Shown: positions 54,780 to 64,000 of the stretch, piece after piece
How the letters are laid out: every line of letters starts with the position of its first letter
Position numbering within the stretch: position 1 is the first letter of the stretch
Assembly: GCA_947630705.1 (NCBI GenBank)
Contig: CANRIK010000002.1
Span: 87,524-151,523, forward strand
Reading direction: 5' to 3'
Length of the DNA: 64,000 nt
Origin: an uncultured Clostridia bacterium
GTDB taxonomy: Bacteria; Bacillota; Clostridia; Christensenellales; Borkfalkiaceae
Made by a program: the position numbers and the translations under genes
Notes under the pieces: model-generated
The model's input: the letters and a program-made list of their open reading frames with translations, nothing else
The model's database searches: none
Told to the model about the DNA's origin: nothing

Positions 54780-55916
54780 TCAGCCTATCGAAGTCAGAAC
54801 GTAGTCCAACTTGCCAAGGTTGTACGTTATAGGTTCGGAATACTTAATCATTGTCGTGCGCGTTTCATTGCCGCTTTCGCCGCTCATTGCAAACCAATAC
54901 GTCTGTGAAACGCCCGAAAAACTTCCGCCGTTATACGAAACTTTCGCCGAGGCTGTTTTAAGAGTTTTGGGGCTCTCGGTGCCGTCTCCGTTGTCAACCG
55001 TTCCTTCGGTGAACATTCCGCCGTCGCGGAGAAGCTTTTGTAACTGCGCGAGCTCTGCCGCCGCTATGTCTGCGTTGTCGTCGAGGGGTTTGTTTTCAAA
55101 GGCGACGGTGTAGTCGCGAAGTTCCAGCCCCGGGGTGTACAGACTTATGGTCAGTCCCGAAGAGGAGGTAAGTCCGCGCATGGCGCGCATAACTATGTCG
55201 AGATAGGTGGAATCGAACACCGAATTCATTCCGTCGTTCAGTCCGGAGACGTCGTATTCATAGGGCACCTTGCCCGATTCGCTTATGGTGGTGGAAACTT
55301 CGTTGCCGTCGAGGGAGTAGAAACTTTCAAGGCTCATATTCGCCTCGTAATAGCACTGTTCGAGGGTGGTCGGCTGAATCTCCGCCGGCAGAGCGCGGTC
55401 GATTGTCCGCATAGAGTACACGGGACGCAGATAATCCTGAACGGAGAGGAAGTAGCACTCGCTCGTCACCGTCTGTTCGCCGAAAGTTTTCTCCCTGCCT
55501 CCGCAGGAAAATGTCACCGAGGGGATATTGAGCTCGGCGGAGTAGTAGTAGAGATACATATATCCTTCCGAACCGAGGGAATCGATATACGGCTCACGCC
55601 ATTTTTCGAGAGTTATGGGGGTAAGATCGTCCCTTGAAATTTTTCTGCCGTAAAATTCGGTTTTATATGTGCCGTCCTCGAAGTCCACGGAATAATAGTT
55701 GTTGGAGGAGATTCCGCCGTGAGTGACTTTGTAAGTGTATTTCTGGGCGTTATCCTCCGTAAAGGTGGGCTGAATGTTCCTATAACCGGTATCGTAATAC
55801 CAGTTCGAGGAGAGCGACGCGAGATTTTTGGAGTTGGCGGCGCAGCCGACTGCGGTGAAAAGGGCGCAGGCCAGCGCGACCGAGGATATTATCGTCAGTT
55901 TCTTCTTCATAGACAT
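54780..55916 (-). CDS. secreted lipoprotein of unknown function
   Basis: Signal peptide with lipobox AVGCAA. 378 aa, Tyr/Ser/Thr-rich. Confidence 0.7.
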   Translation of the reverse strand: MSMKKKLTIISSVALACALFTAVGCAANSKNLASLSSNWYYDTGYRNIQPTFTEDNAQKYTYKVTHGGISSNNYYSVDFEDGTYKTEFYGRKISRDDLTPITLEKWREPYIDSLGSEGYMYLYYYSAELNIPSVTFSCGGREKTFGEQTVTSECYFLSVQDYLRPVYSMRTIDRALPAEIQPTTLEQCYYEANMSLESFYSLDGNEVSTTISESGKVPYEYDVSGLNDGMNSVFDSTYLDIVMRAMRGLTSSSGLTISLYTPGLELRDYTVAFENKPLDDNADIAAAELAQLQKLLRDGGMFTEGTVDNGDGTESPKTLKTASAKVSYNGGSFSGVSQTYWFAMSGESGNETRTTMIKYSEPITYNLGKLDYVLTSIG

Positions 55917-56054
55917 GTCCTGAAAAAATAAAATCGGACGGCAAAAAGAGGCACAGCGCGCTCTTTTTCAACCGAACTACGGTTATTATAGCATATAATT
56001 TTGCTTTTGTAAAAACTTTTATGGCATAAATTATTTAAAATTCCGCCGCGTTTA

Positions 56055-56063
56055 TGTTATAAT
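56055..56063 (+). promoter_or_regulatory. extended -10 element 8 nt before the addB ATG
   Basis: TGtTATAAT, then GTCTGCGT, then ATG 56072. No SD. Confidence 0.4.
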
Positions 56064-56071
56064 GTCTGCGT

Positions 56072-59000
56072 ATGATAAAATGCGTAAAATGCGCCGCTCT
56101 TTCGGTGGCGCTCGAACAACTCAAAAAAACGGTTGCCGAAAACGAGAAAAAACGCGTCCGCACGGTGGTTTTCTGCGAGGACAGGCTCTCGCTTGCCGCC
56201 GAACGCACGGTTTGCTCGGCGGTGGAGGGCACCTTCCGCACGTCGGTTTACACTTTCGCGCGCTTCTTGGCGGCGGAGTGCGGCAAGCCCGTAGGCGTTC
56301 TTTCGGCACAGGGCTCCGCCATGGCGGTCAGAAAGATAATAGAGGAGAACAGGGCGGAGCTGACGCTGTTCAAACAGCTCTCCGCGCCGACTGCCGCAAG
56401 ATCCGTTTACGACACGATAGCGCTCTTATATTCCTCCGGAATTTCCGCGGAGGACGTCGCCGCCGCCGCTGAAATGGGCGGCTTGCTGGGCGGCAAGCTC
56501 AAAGATATCGCGCTCATCTACGACAAATATGCCGAATATCTCAAAGCCAACAACCTACACGACAGAAACGGCTATCTGCGTCGGCTGGCGGCCGTTGTCG
56601 AGGCCTCGGAAACGGTCCGCGGCGGAGCGGTTGTGTTCTTGGGTTTTCAGGCTTTTACCCGTACCGCCGAAGATTGCGTGAAGGCGGCCTTTTCCGCGGC
56701 TGCGGACGTGACGGGGCTGTTTATAGGCGGAACGGAGGACATCTACGTAAACGAGGCTTCCGCAGCTTTCATATCGGCGGCAAGGGAGTTCGGCGGAGCC
56801 GAAATTTTGGAAGAGAGCGGAGAGCTCTTGCCGGAAGCGGATATTTTGAGGCGGTCGCTGTTTGACCCCGACAGCTTTTACAGGGGTGCGGTCAAGACCG
56901 ACAAGGTATATATTTTCGAGGCGTACGACGGGCGCACGGAGCTCGAATTCATCGCGGCGTGCATAAAGAAGCACGTGCTCGACGAAGGGGAGAGATATTC
57001 CAAAATTTCGGTCATGCTTCCCGACCTCGCCGATAACGAGAGGGAGCTTGCGAGAGTCTTTTCGCAGTACCGCATACCCTATTACGCCGACAGGCGCATA
57101 TCTCTTTCGGAGCATCCGCTCTGCGCCTTTGTGTTCGCGCTTTTGAGCTGTGCGCTGTCCGGCTGCCGTCCGCAGGATGTGGACGCGGTAATTTCCTCGC
57201 CTTTCTTTCCGGCGAGGGCGGAGGACAAGGACGTTTTCCGTAACTACGCTTTGAGACTCGCCTATTTCCGCGGCGGCGTGAAAAGACGGCCGAAAGAGGA
57301 AATTTTAAATAACTTCGGCTGGGATATATCCGCCGTCGAAAGGGTGCGCACCGCGTTTATGAAGGGCTATGAAACGCTCACTGCAAAGGGCGTTGATCGC
57401 GGCATATTCGGGGGTCTATATGACGTTTTGAGGGATTTCGGCGTAAGGGAGAAGCTGTCGGAGCTCTCGGAGGAGTTCAAAGACGACTATCCCGTCCAGT
57501 CCGCTTTCGGCAGGCGCGCCTTCGACGGAGTTATGCAGGTTCTTTGCGAGGCGGAGAGCCTCTGCGACGGAATGCAATTAAAAGACGTCATGAAAATATT
57601 GAAGAGCGGATTTTCGGCGATGGAAATTTCGCTGATACCGCCCAAGGCCGACGCGGTGTTCGTGGGGGATATCGCCGCCACCGCAAATACGGGAAGCAAT
57701 GTGGTCTTTGCCGCTCGGCTTACGGGGGACGTGCCCCAATCGGGAGCGGATACGGCGCTTCTTACCGACAGGGAAATTCTCGCTCTCGAACAGGCAAAAC
57801 TCAACATATCCCCGAAAATACGGCAGGTCAATATGCGCGTGCGCGAGACGGTGGCGTTGAACGTGTGCGCTTTCAGAAAAAAACTGTATCTCACCTATCC
57901 CGCGGAGACGGGCGGCGACAACGGCGGCGTAAGCGAGATAGTGGCTTACGCGCGGTCGGTGTTCCTCTCGAAGAGCGGCGCGCCTCTGACTCCGATAGAT
58001 TCGGGCAGATTGGCGCGCACGTTGAGGGGACTTCCGTACTATGCGAGCGAAAAACTTCCGGCCATAAAACAGCTTTTGAAGTCGGAGGGGAATCCCGAAG
58101 CTCGCGCCGCGGTTTACAGCGTTCTGAAAGAGAGAGGTTTCAAAGCCGAGGCGGACGCCGCCCTCGAAAAGCCCAAAAAGAGGGGCATAACCTGCGGCAG
58201 CCGACTGTATCTGAACTACGGAAGCATAACGCCCACCGCTCTTGAAACTTACTTTTTGTGCCCGTATCTCGGCTATATGCGGCAGGGTTTAAGAGTGCAG
58301 GAGCGCGAAGAGGGCTTCCGACCCGTGGATTCGGGCAATTTCATACATTCCGTTCTCGAAGACCTCGCAAGGGAAATCAATCAAATAGACGACATAAAAA
58401 CTTTGAGAGAGAGGGCGGAAAAAATAGCCTCCGACAAGTTGCTCGTTCCCCCGTATTCCTCGCTCTCGGACGCGCGGAGCGGCATGTATGCCGCGAGCGA
58501 GCTGACTGCGGAAGCGGTCAGAATTTCGGAGGGAATGTACGAACAGCTCAAAAATTCGCTGTTTAAAGTGAGCGCCGCGGAGACCAAGTGCGAAATAGCC
58601 CTCTCCGCCAACGTAAAGGTTTTAGGCAGGATAGACCGCGTGGACGAGTACGGGGACCTCGTAAGGATAATCGACTACAAGACGGGCTCGGTGGACAGCT
58701 CGCCGGCCAAATACTATATGGGAGCAAAGTTGCAGTTGCCCCTCTATCTGCTTGCCGTCTCCGGCGGACGCCGCGCAGCCGGCGCGTACTATTTTCCGGC
58801 GTCTGTGGAGTACAGCGACGATAATGACGGAGTTTTCCGGTTGCGTGGATTCATGGACGGGAGCGACGAGGTCGTTTCGGCCTCGGACACCACTCTCCAA
58901 CCGAAGCGGAAATCCGACTATTTTGACGCCTATCTGGGCGGCAGAAAGCTGGACTGCGCCATGGGCAAAGAGGAGTTCTCCGATTTTCTGGCGTACTCCG

Positions 59001-59206
59001 GAATGGTGGCGAAAAAGGGCGCAGAGGAGATGATTTCAGGCAATATCTCTCCTTCGCCGGCGGAGGACGCCTGCAAGTTCTGCAAGATGGGCGGCAGTTG
59101 CGGCTTTGCCGTGGGAACGGACGGCGCCGCGCGCGGAAACGGTTCGATCAAATGCGCGGACATAGCCCGAATAGCGAGTGAAAACGGAGGTAAAAAGAAT
59201 GGCTGA
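56072..59206 (+). CDS. addB: AddB-type helicase-nuclease subunit (no Walker A)
   Basis: Inactivated-helicase body, C-terminal RecB-type nuclease (GRIDRVDEYGDLVRIIDYKTG) and Fe-S cysteines including CKFCKMGGSC. Its stop overlaps the addA start. Confidence 0.85.
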   Translation: MIKCVKCAALSVALEQLKKTVAENEKKRVRTVVFCEDRLSLAAERTVCSAVEGTFRTSVYTFARFLAAECGKPVGVLSAQGSAMAVRKIIEENRAELTLFKQLSAPTAARSVYDTIALLYSSGISAEDVAAAAEMGGLLGGKLKDIALIYDKYAEYLKANNLHDRNGYLRRLAAVVEASETVRGGAVVFLGFQAFTRTAEDCVKAAFSAAADVTGLFIGGTEDIYVNEASAAFISAAREFGGAEILEESGELLPEADILRRSLFDPDSFYRGAVKTDKVYIFEAYDGRTELEFIAACIKKHVLDEGERYSKISVMLPDLADNERELARVFSQYRIPYYADRRISLSEHPLCAFVFALLSCALSGCRPQDVDAVISSPFFPARAEDKDVFRNYALRLAYFRGGVKRRPKEEILNNFGWDISAVERVRTAFMKGYETLTAKGVDRGIFGGLYDVLRDFGVREKLSELSEEFKDDYPVQSAFGRRAFDGVMQVLCEAESLCDGMQLKDVMKILKSGFSAMEISLIPPKADAVFVGDIAATANTGSNVVFAARLTGDVPQSGADTALLTDREILALEQAKLNISPKIRQVNMRVRETVALNVCAFRKKLYLTYPAETGGDNGGVSEIVAYARSVFLSKSGAPLTPIDSGRLARTLRGLPYYASEKLPAIKQLLKSEGNPEARAAVYSVLKERGFKAEADAALEKPKKRGITCGSRLYLNYGSITPTALETYFLCPYLGYMRQGLRVQEREEGFRPVDSGNFIHSVLEDLAREINQIDDIKTLRERAEKIASDKLLVPPYSSLSDARSGMYAASELTAEAVRISEGMYEQLKNSLFKVSAAETKCEIALSANVKVLGRIDRVDEYGDLVRIIDYKTGSVDSSPAKYYMGAKLQLPLYLLAVSGGRRAAGAYYFPASVEYSDDNDGVFRLRGFMDGSDEVVSASDTTLQPKRKSDYFDAYLGGRKLDCAMGKEEFSDFLAYSGMVAKKGAEEMISGNISPSPAEDACKFCKMGGSCGFAVGTDGAARGNGSIKCADIARIASENGGKKNG

Positions 59207-62200
59207 ACTTACGGCTGAACAGCTCGCGGCCGTCGAGGCGCGAGGCAAGGTAATAGTATCCGCTTCCGCCGGCAGCGGCAAGACCTTCGTCATGATAGAA
59301 AAACTCACGCGCGCCGTGGAGAACGGCGCAGACCTCGACGACGTGCTCGCCGTGACATTTACGAAAAAGGCGGCGGCGCAGATGAAGGAAAAACTGCGGT
59401 CGTCGCTCATAAAAAAGCTGGAAAAAACCGAGGGCGCGGCAAAACTGCGGCTCAAAGCGCAGATATCCAAGATATCTTCCGCCGATATATCCACTATACA
59501 CTCCTTTTGTGCGCGGCTTTTGAGGACGCATTTCTACGCGCTCGGAATTGACGGCGGCTTCGACATAATGGCGGAGGACGACGCCTCGGCAAAGGAGCTC
59601 GCTTCGCGAGCCGCAGACGAGCTGTTCGAAAAATTGTACGAGAGCGACGACGGGGATTTTCTGTATCTTTTGAAGAGGTTCAAAAAGAAGAGAAGCGACG
59701 CCGCGTTTAAAAATCTTTTGAGGGAGAGCTACGCGAAGGCGAGGAACGTCGCGCACTATAAAGCGATGCTCAAAAACACCGAAAAACTCTACACGGACGA
59801 GGGTTTTGACGGAGTTTGCAAAGAGCTGAACAAATTTCTTGCGGAAAAATACGCCGCGGTCGCGGAGGCGGTAGAGGCCTTCGAAAAAGATTTCCCCGTG
59901 ACCGCCAACGGCGCGGTTTACCGCAAAATTTTCGGGGAGATGAAGGAGGCGGCCGCGCTCTCCGCAAGAGGCGGCGCGTTCGCGCCGCCCGTACCGTTTA
60001 CCGTCACGGCAAAGCCGAAGGACGACGAAAACGACAGGGCGTCGGGAGAGCTTTTCAAAAAGTTCAAAGCCTCTGTTTCGAGAAAATATTCGGCGGTGCG
60101 CGAGGGCATAGCCGACTTCGATACGGAGAGGGCGCTGTTTATGGAAAGCGGCGCCGTCGCCACGGCTTTTTCCAAACTTCTGCTTCTATACGACGAGGAA
60201 TATTCCCGATTGAAAAGGGACGAGAACAAGCTCGATTACAACGACCTCGAACACATGACGTTGGAACTTTTGGAAAACGAAGAGGTTAAAAAGGAGATAG
60301 ATTCGAGATATAAGTATGTGTTCGTGGACGAATATCAGGACGTAAACCCCGTGCAGGAGGAAATAATTTCGGCGTTCGGCGGAGAGGTTTTCCTCGTGGG
60401 AGACGTCAAGCAGGCAATTTACGGGTTCAGGGGCAGCAAGTCGCTGTTCTTTGCCGAAAAATACAATAAATTTGCGGGAGGCGGCGGCACCGCGTTGAGG
60501 CTTTCGGGCAATTTCAGAAGCTGCGGCCGCGTCCTCGACTTTGTGAACAAACTGTTCTCCGACGCCATGAACGAGAGGGTCTGCGGCTTCGACTACGCGA
60601 AAAATTCGCGCATGCGAGCGGAGGGCACGTATCCTTCCGACAGCGGACATGCGGCCATAAGCGTATTCGGTACGGACGAAAAGCTCGAAGAGGAACTCGG
60701 AATATACTCCGTAAAGGACGACAGCCGCAAGCCCGCCGGAACGAGGGAGGGCGCGGCCGTTCTGTCCATAGTCGAGAGGGAATTGCGGTCGAAGAGATAC
60801 GATATCGAGAAGGGGGAATTTACGGATATCCAGCCCGGGGATATATGTATACTTACGAGGAAGAACACCGGCGGTTCGGCGGAGGGCATTGTGCGCGCTT
60901 TGAGGGGCGCGGGCTACTCCGTCTCCGGCGCGCGCGACGGGAATATTTGCAACCTTCCGGAAGTCAAACAGATGCTCGATATCTTGTCGCTTATAGACAA
61001 TTCGGAGCAGGATATCCCCTTGGTAACGGCGCTGTTATCCCCTCTCGGCGGCTTTACCGAGGACGAGGTTGCGGCGGTGCGCATCGCCTTTAAAAGCGAG
61101 GGACGGATTTCCTTCCGTAAGTGTTTCGGGCTTTTTCTTGCCGACGGAAGGGGAGTGTTGAGACAAAAGGCCGAAGAGTTCCGCACAAAACTCGACAGGC
61201 TTCGCAGGCTCTCGCAGATTTTGAACGCCGGAGAGCTTATAGATTTGATTTTGAAGGAGAGCGGTTTGGAGGCCGTATATTCATCGGGCGGCGGAGAAAA
61301 ACTGAAAAACATACTTAAACTCGCCGCCGAGGGGACTATGCTCACTCTCTCCGCTTTCCTCGAAAAGATAAAGTCGGGAGGGTACTTTGTGTCGGCTCCG
61401 ACTTCGGCGCCCTCCGACAGTATAAAGATAATGACCATGCACGCGGCGAAAGGGTTGGAATTCCCCGTTGTCATAGTTGCGGACATCTGCCGCACGTTCA
61501 AGGGCATGGATTATTCCGAATTGCCTTTCGACGACAAATACGGCTTTGCGCCCAAATATTACGATACGGAGAAAATGCTGGTGCGCCCCACACTGCTGCG
61601 GCGGCTCGTGAAGCTGCGCTCCGACAGAGAGGAGCTGAAAAACGAGCTGAATCTCTTCTACGTGGCGTGCACGAGGGCAATGTGCGATCTGTACGTGCTG
61701 GCGGCGGAAAAGAACGACGGCACGTATACCGACCGCACCGCCGCAAAATGTTACGCCGAGACCTTTGATATGAGCAAGTTCGAAACGGAGACGGCCGAGC
61801 TTGCCGAGAGCGGTTCGGAGGACGGAGAGGAGGCGGCCGTGCTTTCCTCTGCGGACGCGGTGCTCTGCGCCGCCGTGGGGGAGCGGTTCATGCGCCCCTA
61901 CGCCCATGCGGAGAGCGTGGAATTGCCCGTAAAGAGCTCCGCTTCTGCCATATTGAAGAGTTTACGGGAGGACGAGCCATACTATGTCGAGCACGAACTC
62001 TTTGCGGACGAGGCCTCACGGGAGACGGGCGCGGAGAGAGGCACGGCGTATCACAGATTTCTGGAACTGTGCGATTTTTCAAAAAATTCGCCGAGTGAAG
62101 CGGCGGCGCAGCTTGAAAATTTTGTTGGCAGCGGCGCGATGACGGAGGAGCAGGGCAAGCTACTCGAAGCGGAAAAATTGTCGCGGATACTCCGAATGAA

Positions 62201-62522
62201 GGTCTTTTCGGACATGGACGGCGCGGAAATTTACCGCGAACGCGAATTTTTGTGCAGGCTGAAAGCTCGGGATATTCTGCCGACGGATGCCGACGACTAC
62301 GTGCTCGTTCAGGGCGCTATCGACCTCATGGTAATTAAGGACGGCAAGGTGCGCATAATAGACTACAAATATTCAAAAAAGGGGGACGATGAGCTGAAAG
62401 AGAGCTATTTCAGACAGCTTGCGCTCTATAAGAGGGCGACGTCCGTCATACTCGGCGTGAGCGAAGAGGATATTTCCACAACCATAGTGAATATCTGCCT
62501 CTGCCGCGAAATATCTCTGTGA
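59199..62522 (+). CDS. addA: AddA-type ATP-dependent helicase/nuclease subunit A
   Basis: UvrD/Rep motifs SASAGSGKTF, VDEYQD, MTMHAAKGLEFP, and a C-terminal nuclease GAIDLMV...RIIDYKYSK. Start at ATG 59199 after GGAGG. Confidence 0.92.
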   Translation: MAELTAEQLAAVEARGKVIVSASAGSGKTFVMIEKLTRAVENGADLDDVLAVTFTKKAAAQMKEKLRSSLIKKLEKTEGAAKLRLKAQISKISSADISTIHSFCARLLRTHFYALGIDGGFDIMAEDDASAKELASRAADELFEKLYESDDGDFLYLLKRFKKKRSDAAFKNLLRESYAKARNVAHYKAMLKNTEKLYTDEGFDGVCKELNKFLAEKYAAVAEAVEAFEKDFPVTANGAVYRKIFGEMKEAAALSARGGAFAPPVPFTVTAKPKDDENDRASGELFKKFKASVSRKYSAVREGIADFDTERALFMESGAVATAFSKLLLLYDEEYSRLKRDENKLDYNDLEHMTLELLENEEVKKEIDSRYKYVFVDEYQDVNPVQEEIISAFGGEVFLVGDVKQAIYGFRGSKSLFFAEKYNKFAGGGGTALRLSGNFRSCGRVLDFVNKLFSDAMNERVCGFDYAKNSRMRAEGTYPSDSGHAAISVFGTDEKLEEELGIYSVKDDSRKPAGTREGAAVLSIVERELRSKRYDIEKGEFTDIQPGDICILTRKNTGGSAEGIVRALRGAGYSVSGARDGNICNLPEVKQMLDILSLIDNSEQDIPLVTALLSPLGGFTEDEVAAVRIAFKSEGRISFRKCFGLFLADGRGVLRQKAEEFRTKLDRLRRLSQILNAGELIDLILKESGLEAVYSSGGGEKLKNILKLAAEGTMLTLSAFLEKIKSGGYFVSAPTSAPSDSIKIMTMHAAKGLEFPVVIVADICRTFKGMDYSELPFDDKYGFAPKYYDTEKMLVRPTLLRRLVKLRSDREELKNELNLFYVACTRAMCDLYVLAAEKNDGTYTDRTAAKCYAETFDMSKFETETAELAESGSEDGEEAAVLSSADAVLCAAVGERFMRPYAHAESVELPVKSSASAILKSLREDEPYYVEHELFADEASRETGAERGTAYHRFLELCDFSKNSPSEAAAQLENFVGSGAMTEEQGKLLEAEKLSRILRMKVFSDMDGAEIYREREFLCRLKARDILPTDADDYVLVQGAIDLMVIKDGKVRIIDYKYSKKGDDELKESYFRQLALYKRATSVILGVSEEDISTTIVNICLCREISL

Positions 62523-62627
62523 CCTTCCGCCGCGGCGCGAAGCGACCCGTAAACGTTACCGGTAAACGGCGGTTTTTCCGCCTTTCGGTCGGTTCTTTGT
62601 GGGAAGGAGACGCAAAACTCAAAAAGA

Positions 62628-62660
62628 GCGGTATTGTGACAATAACCGCCCTTTTTTTTA
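62628..62660 (+). terminator. intrinsic terminator after addA
   Basis: GCGGTATTGT-ga-ACAATAACCGC followed by CCTTTTTTTT. Confidence 0.7.
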
Positions 62661-62686
62661 TTTGTCGCCGGATATAATTGAAATAT

Positions 62687-63331
62687 ATGTTGGCAAATCT
62701 TTCGGATAATTTGGCCGCGCTTGCGGCGCAGATCCCCTTCGAGACCGTGAAATGGCTCATATGGGGGTCGTTCATTGCAATTTTTGTACTCTCGCTTACT
62801 TTGACTGTCTTTCTGCCCCATGTCCGCGCCGCTTCGAAGAGACCGTATCTGTGCCTCTTGTACGCCTATACCGCGCTCGACTTCGCGCTCTTTCTGACGG
62901 CATACAGAATCGAGGACGCCGCTTTCTGCGCGTGCATTTTCTGGATAGCCGGCTATCTGGGCTACGGAGTTCTCTGCGCGCTGAACAAAAGACGCGCAAA
63001 TTCCGCTCCGGCACAGGTCGCCGCATGCGCCGCGCCGTCGATTGCCGCGCCGCAACCGACGGGGACGTCCGCCTCTTCCGTTCCCAAAAATTTAAAGACC
63101 GTTTCCCCGAATACCGTCGCGCGCAACAACGTCAGGCTCGAACACGCCATAGCGGTAACTTCCAGACTGCTCGACAAAAATCTCGGCAAGTCGGACAGGC
63201 AGGAACTCGAAAAGTTGAAGAACACCCTCGAAGTGCTCAAAGTGAAGGGCTCGCTGACTCCGGCGGAAGGGGAAATTTTAAACGAAAATTTCAATACCCT
63301 TTTGAAGCTCATGGCAAAATACAACGTATAG
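62687..63331 (+). CDS. hypothetical membrane protein
   Basis: Three predicted TM helices followed by a Pro/Ala/Ser linker and a helical C-domain. ATG 62687 is preferred (TATAAT 8 nt upstream); track start is 62678. Confidence 0.5.
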   Translation: MLANLSDNLAALAAQIPFETVKWLIWGSFIAIFVLSLTLTVFLPHVRAASKRPYLCLLYAYTALDFALFLTAYRIEDAAFCACIFWIAGYLGYGVLCALNKRRANSAPAQVAACAAPSIAAPQPTGTSASSVPKNLKTVSPNTVARNNVRLEHAIAVTSRLLDKNLGKSDRQELEKLKNTLEVLKVKGSLTPAEGEILNENFNTLLKLMAKYNV

Positions 63332-63400
63332 CCGGACCCTAAACAGTCCGACGGACGTTGAATATTTATGCGAGTTGTATTTATGCGAGCCGAGGGGTGT

Positions 63401-63907
63401 TCAGATGGTCTTTAACGTGGTCTGAATGTATTCGCCCTCGGCGGCGGCTCTCGCCAATCGTTCCTTTGTGACGGGAGAGCCCTTTAAGAAGAGCTGTCTG
63501 CCGTCCTTCGTCACGTCCTCTTTGAGAAGCGTCGCGTCGTCCACTATTACCACGTCCCCCATAGTAAGGATTTCGACGGGGTAATTTTTTTTGCCGATTT
63601 TCGCCGTTTTGAGTTTGCCGCGCGAGAGCGTCAAGTCGGAGAGCAGACCCAAAAAATTTCCGCGCGTGTCGAAGCTCGCCCTTCCGAGGCGCACGGGCAG
63701 CGCGCCGTCGGCGCGGCTCTCTTTGCCGTCGTATATTATCGCGTCGCCGAGTTTTTTTACGCTTTCGGCTTCCACCGTGAATTCGCGCTCGTCGGAATCG
63801 GCGCAGGTCAGGTACACCTTTTGTCCCAATGCGCTCACGGAGAGGGCGTAGCCTTCCCTCCCGTCGGCGCCCAATGTCTTTTTGCCGTAGATTTCAGATA
63901 TTTTCAT
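63401..63907 (-). CDS. PRC-barrel-like protein
   Basis: MKISEIYGKKTLGADGREGYALSV resembles a YlmC/YmxH-type PRC-barrel N-terminus. A second similar half suggests a duplicated domain. The functional call is tentative. Confidence 0.45.
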   Translation of the reverse strand: MKISEIYGKKTLGADGREGYALSVSALGQKVYLTCADSDEREFTVEAESVKKLGDAIIYDGKESRADGALPVRLGRASFDTRGNFLGLLSDLTLSRGKLKTAKIGKKNYPVEILTMGDVVIVDDATLLKEDVTKDGRQLFLKGSPVTKERLARAAAEGEYIQTTLKTI

Positions 63908-64000
63908 AAATTGCTCCTTTCCCTCTACTATATGGCAAAAGGGGCCCGTCTTTGCCGTATTTTTTTATATAATTTTGTCGTTTTGCCGATAATCGGGCGC

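Noticed and set aside
63363-63389. Direct repeat TATTTATGCGAG x2 in a convergent spacer
   Set aside because: It is only 12 bp in two copies, which is compatible with chance or slippage.
1-64000. Mobile elements, prophage or defence islands
   Set aside because: No transposase, integrase, recombinase, phage structural, restriction-modification, toxin-antitoxin or cas-like proteins were recognised in any frame.

Overview
This is an origin-proximal, mostly housekeeping chromosome segment of a Firmicutes/Clostridia-type bacterium. It has AGGAGG-type RBSs, AT-rich intergenic DNA, and sporulation-linked genes (yyaC, ricT/yaaT, an RsfA-like gene). All calls come from reading the sequence and ORF track and recognising motifs. 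No searches were run.

I call about 68 protein genes and one tRNA-Arg(CCG). Three of the genes are too short or too edge-truncated to appear in the ORF track: rpmH, a 57-aa ferredoxin, and an edge-cut repetitive membrane protein. I see no rRNA, CRISPR, transposase, integrase or phage genes.

Recognisable blocks, in order:
- fmdB-corA and an M1 peptidase
- parB-parA-ftsH
- a 765-bp gene-free DnaA-box/parS region, then yyaC
- rsmG with a DUF1273 gene
- dnaN-rpmH-rnpA-yidD-yidC-jag
- queT and GTP-PEPCK
- asnC with an aminotransferase
- greA-lysS-yaaO-tmk-holB-ricT-(ferredoxin)-yabB-rsmI, which keeps B. subtilis-like synteny
- an M42 peptidase and mnmA
- feoA-feoA-feoB plus a Cys-rich peptide
- the trimeric [FeFe] hydrogenase hydCBA
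- rplU-rpmA
- ruvX-DUF1292-mntR
- a kdgK-like kinase and a 2-hydroxyacid dehydrogenase
- addB-addA

I did not find a convincing novel multi-gene system; there are no defence-island hallmarks. The signals the gene list does not explain are:
1. A structured hairpin repeat of about 105-114 bp, present as tandem pairs at two distant loci, with compensatory arm changes.
2. A GGGAAAA-N-TTTCCC palindrome family shared by an XRE gene and the heavily decorated consensus promoter of a 651-aa lipoprotein gene.
3. A repeat-filled silent convergent spacer with five 24-26-bp AT-rich tandem units.
4. A recurrent TATAAT-N6-9-ATG architecture with no SD, which suggests leaderless mRNAs.
5. An orphan dnaN with no dnaA, flanked by two DnaA-box clusters.
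6. An L27 pro-peptide without the usual prp gene.
7. A preQ1-I-like riboswitch candidate upstream of queT.
8. A terminator in the greA leader.
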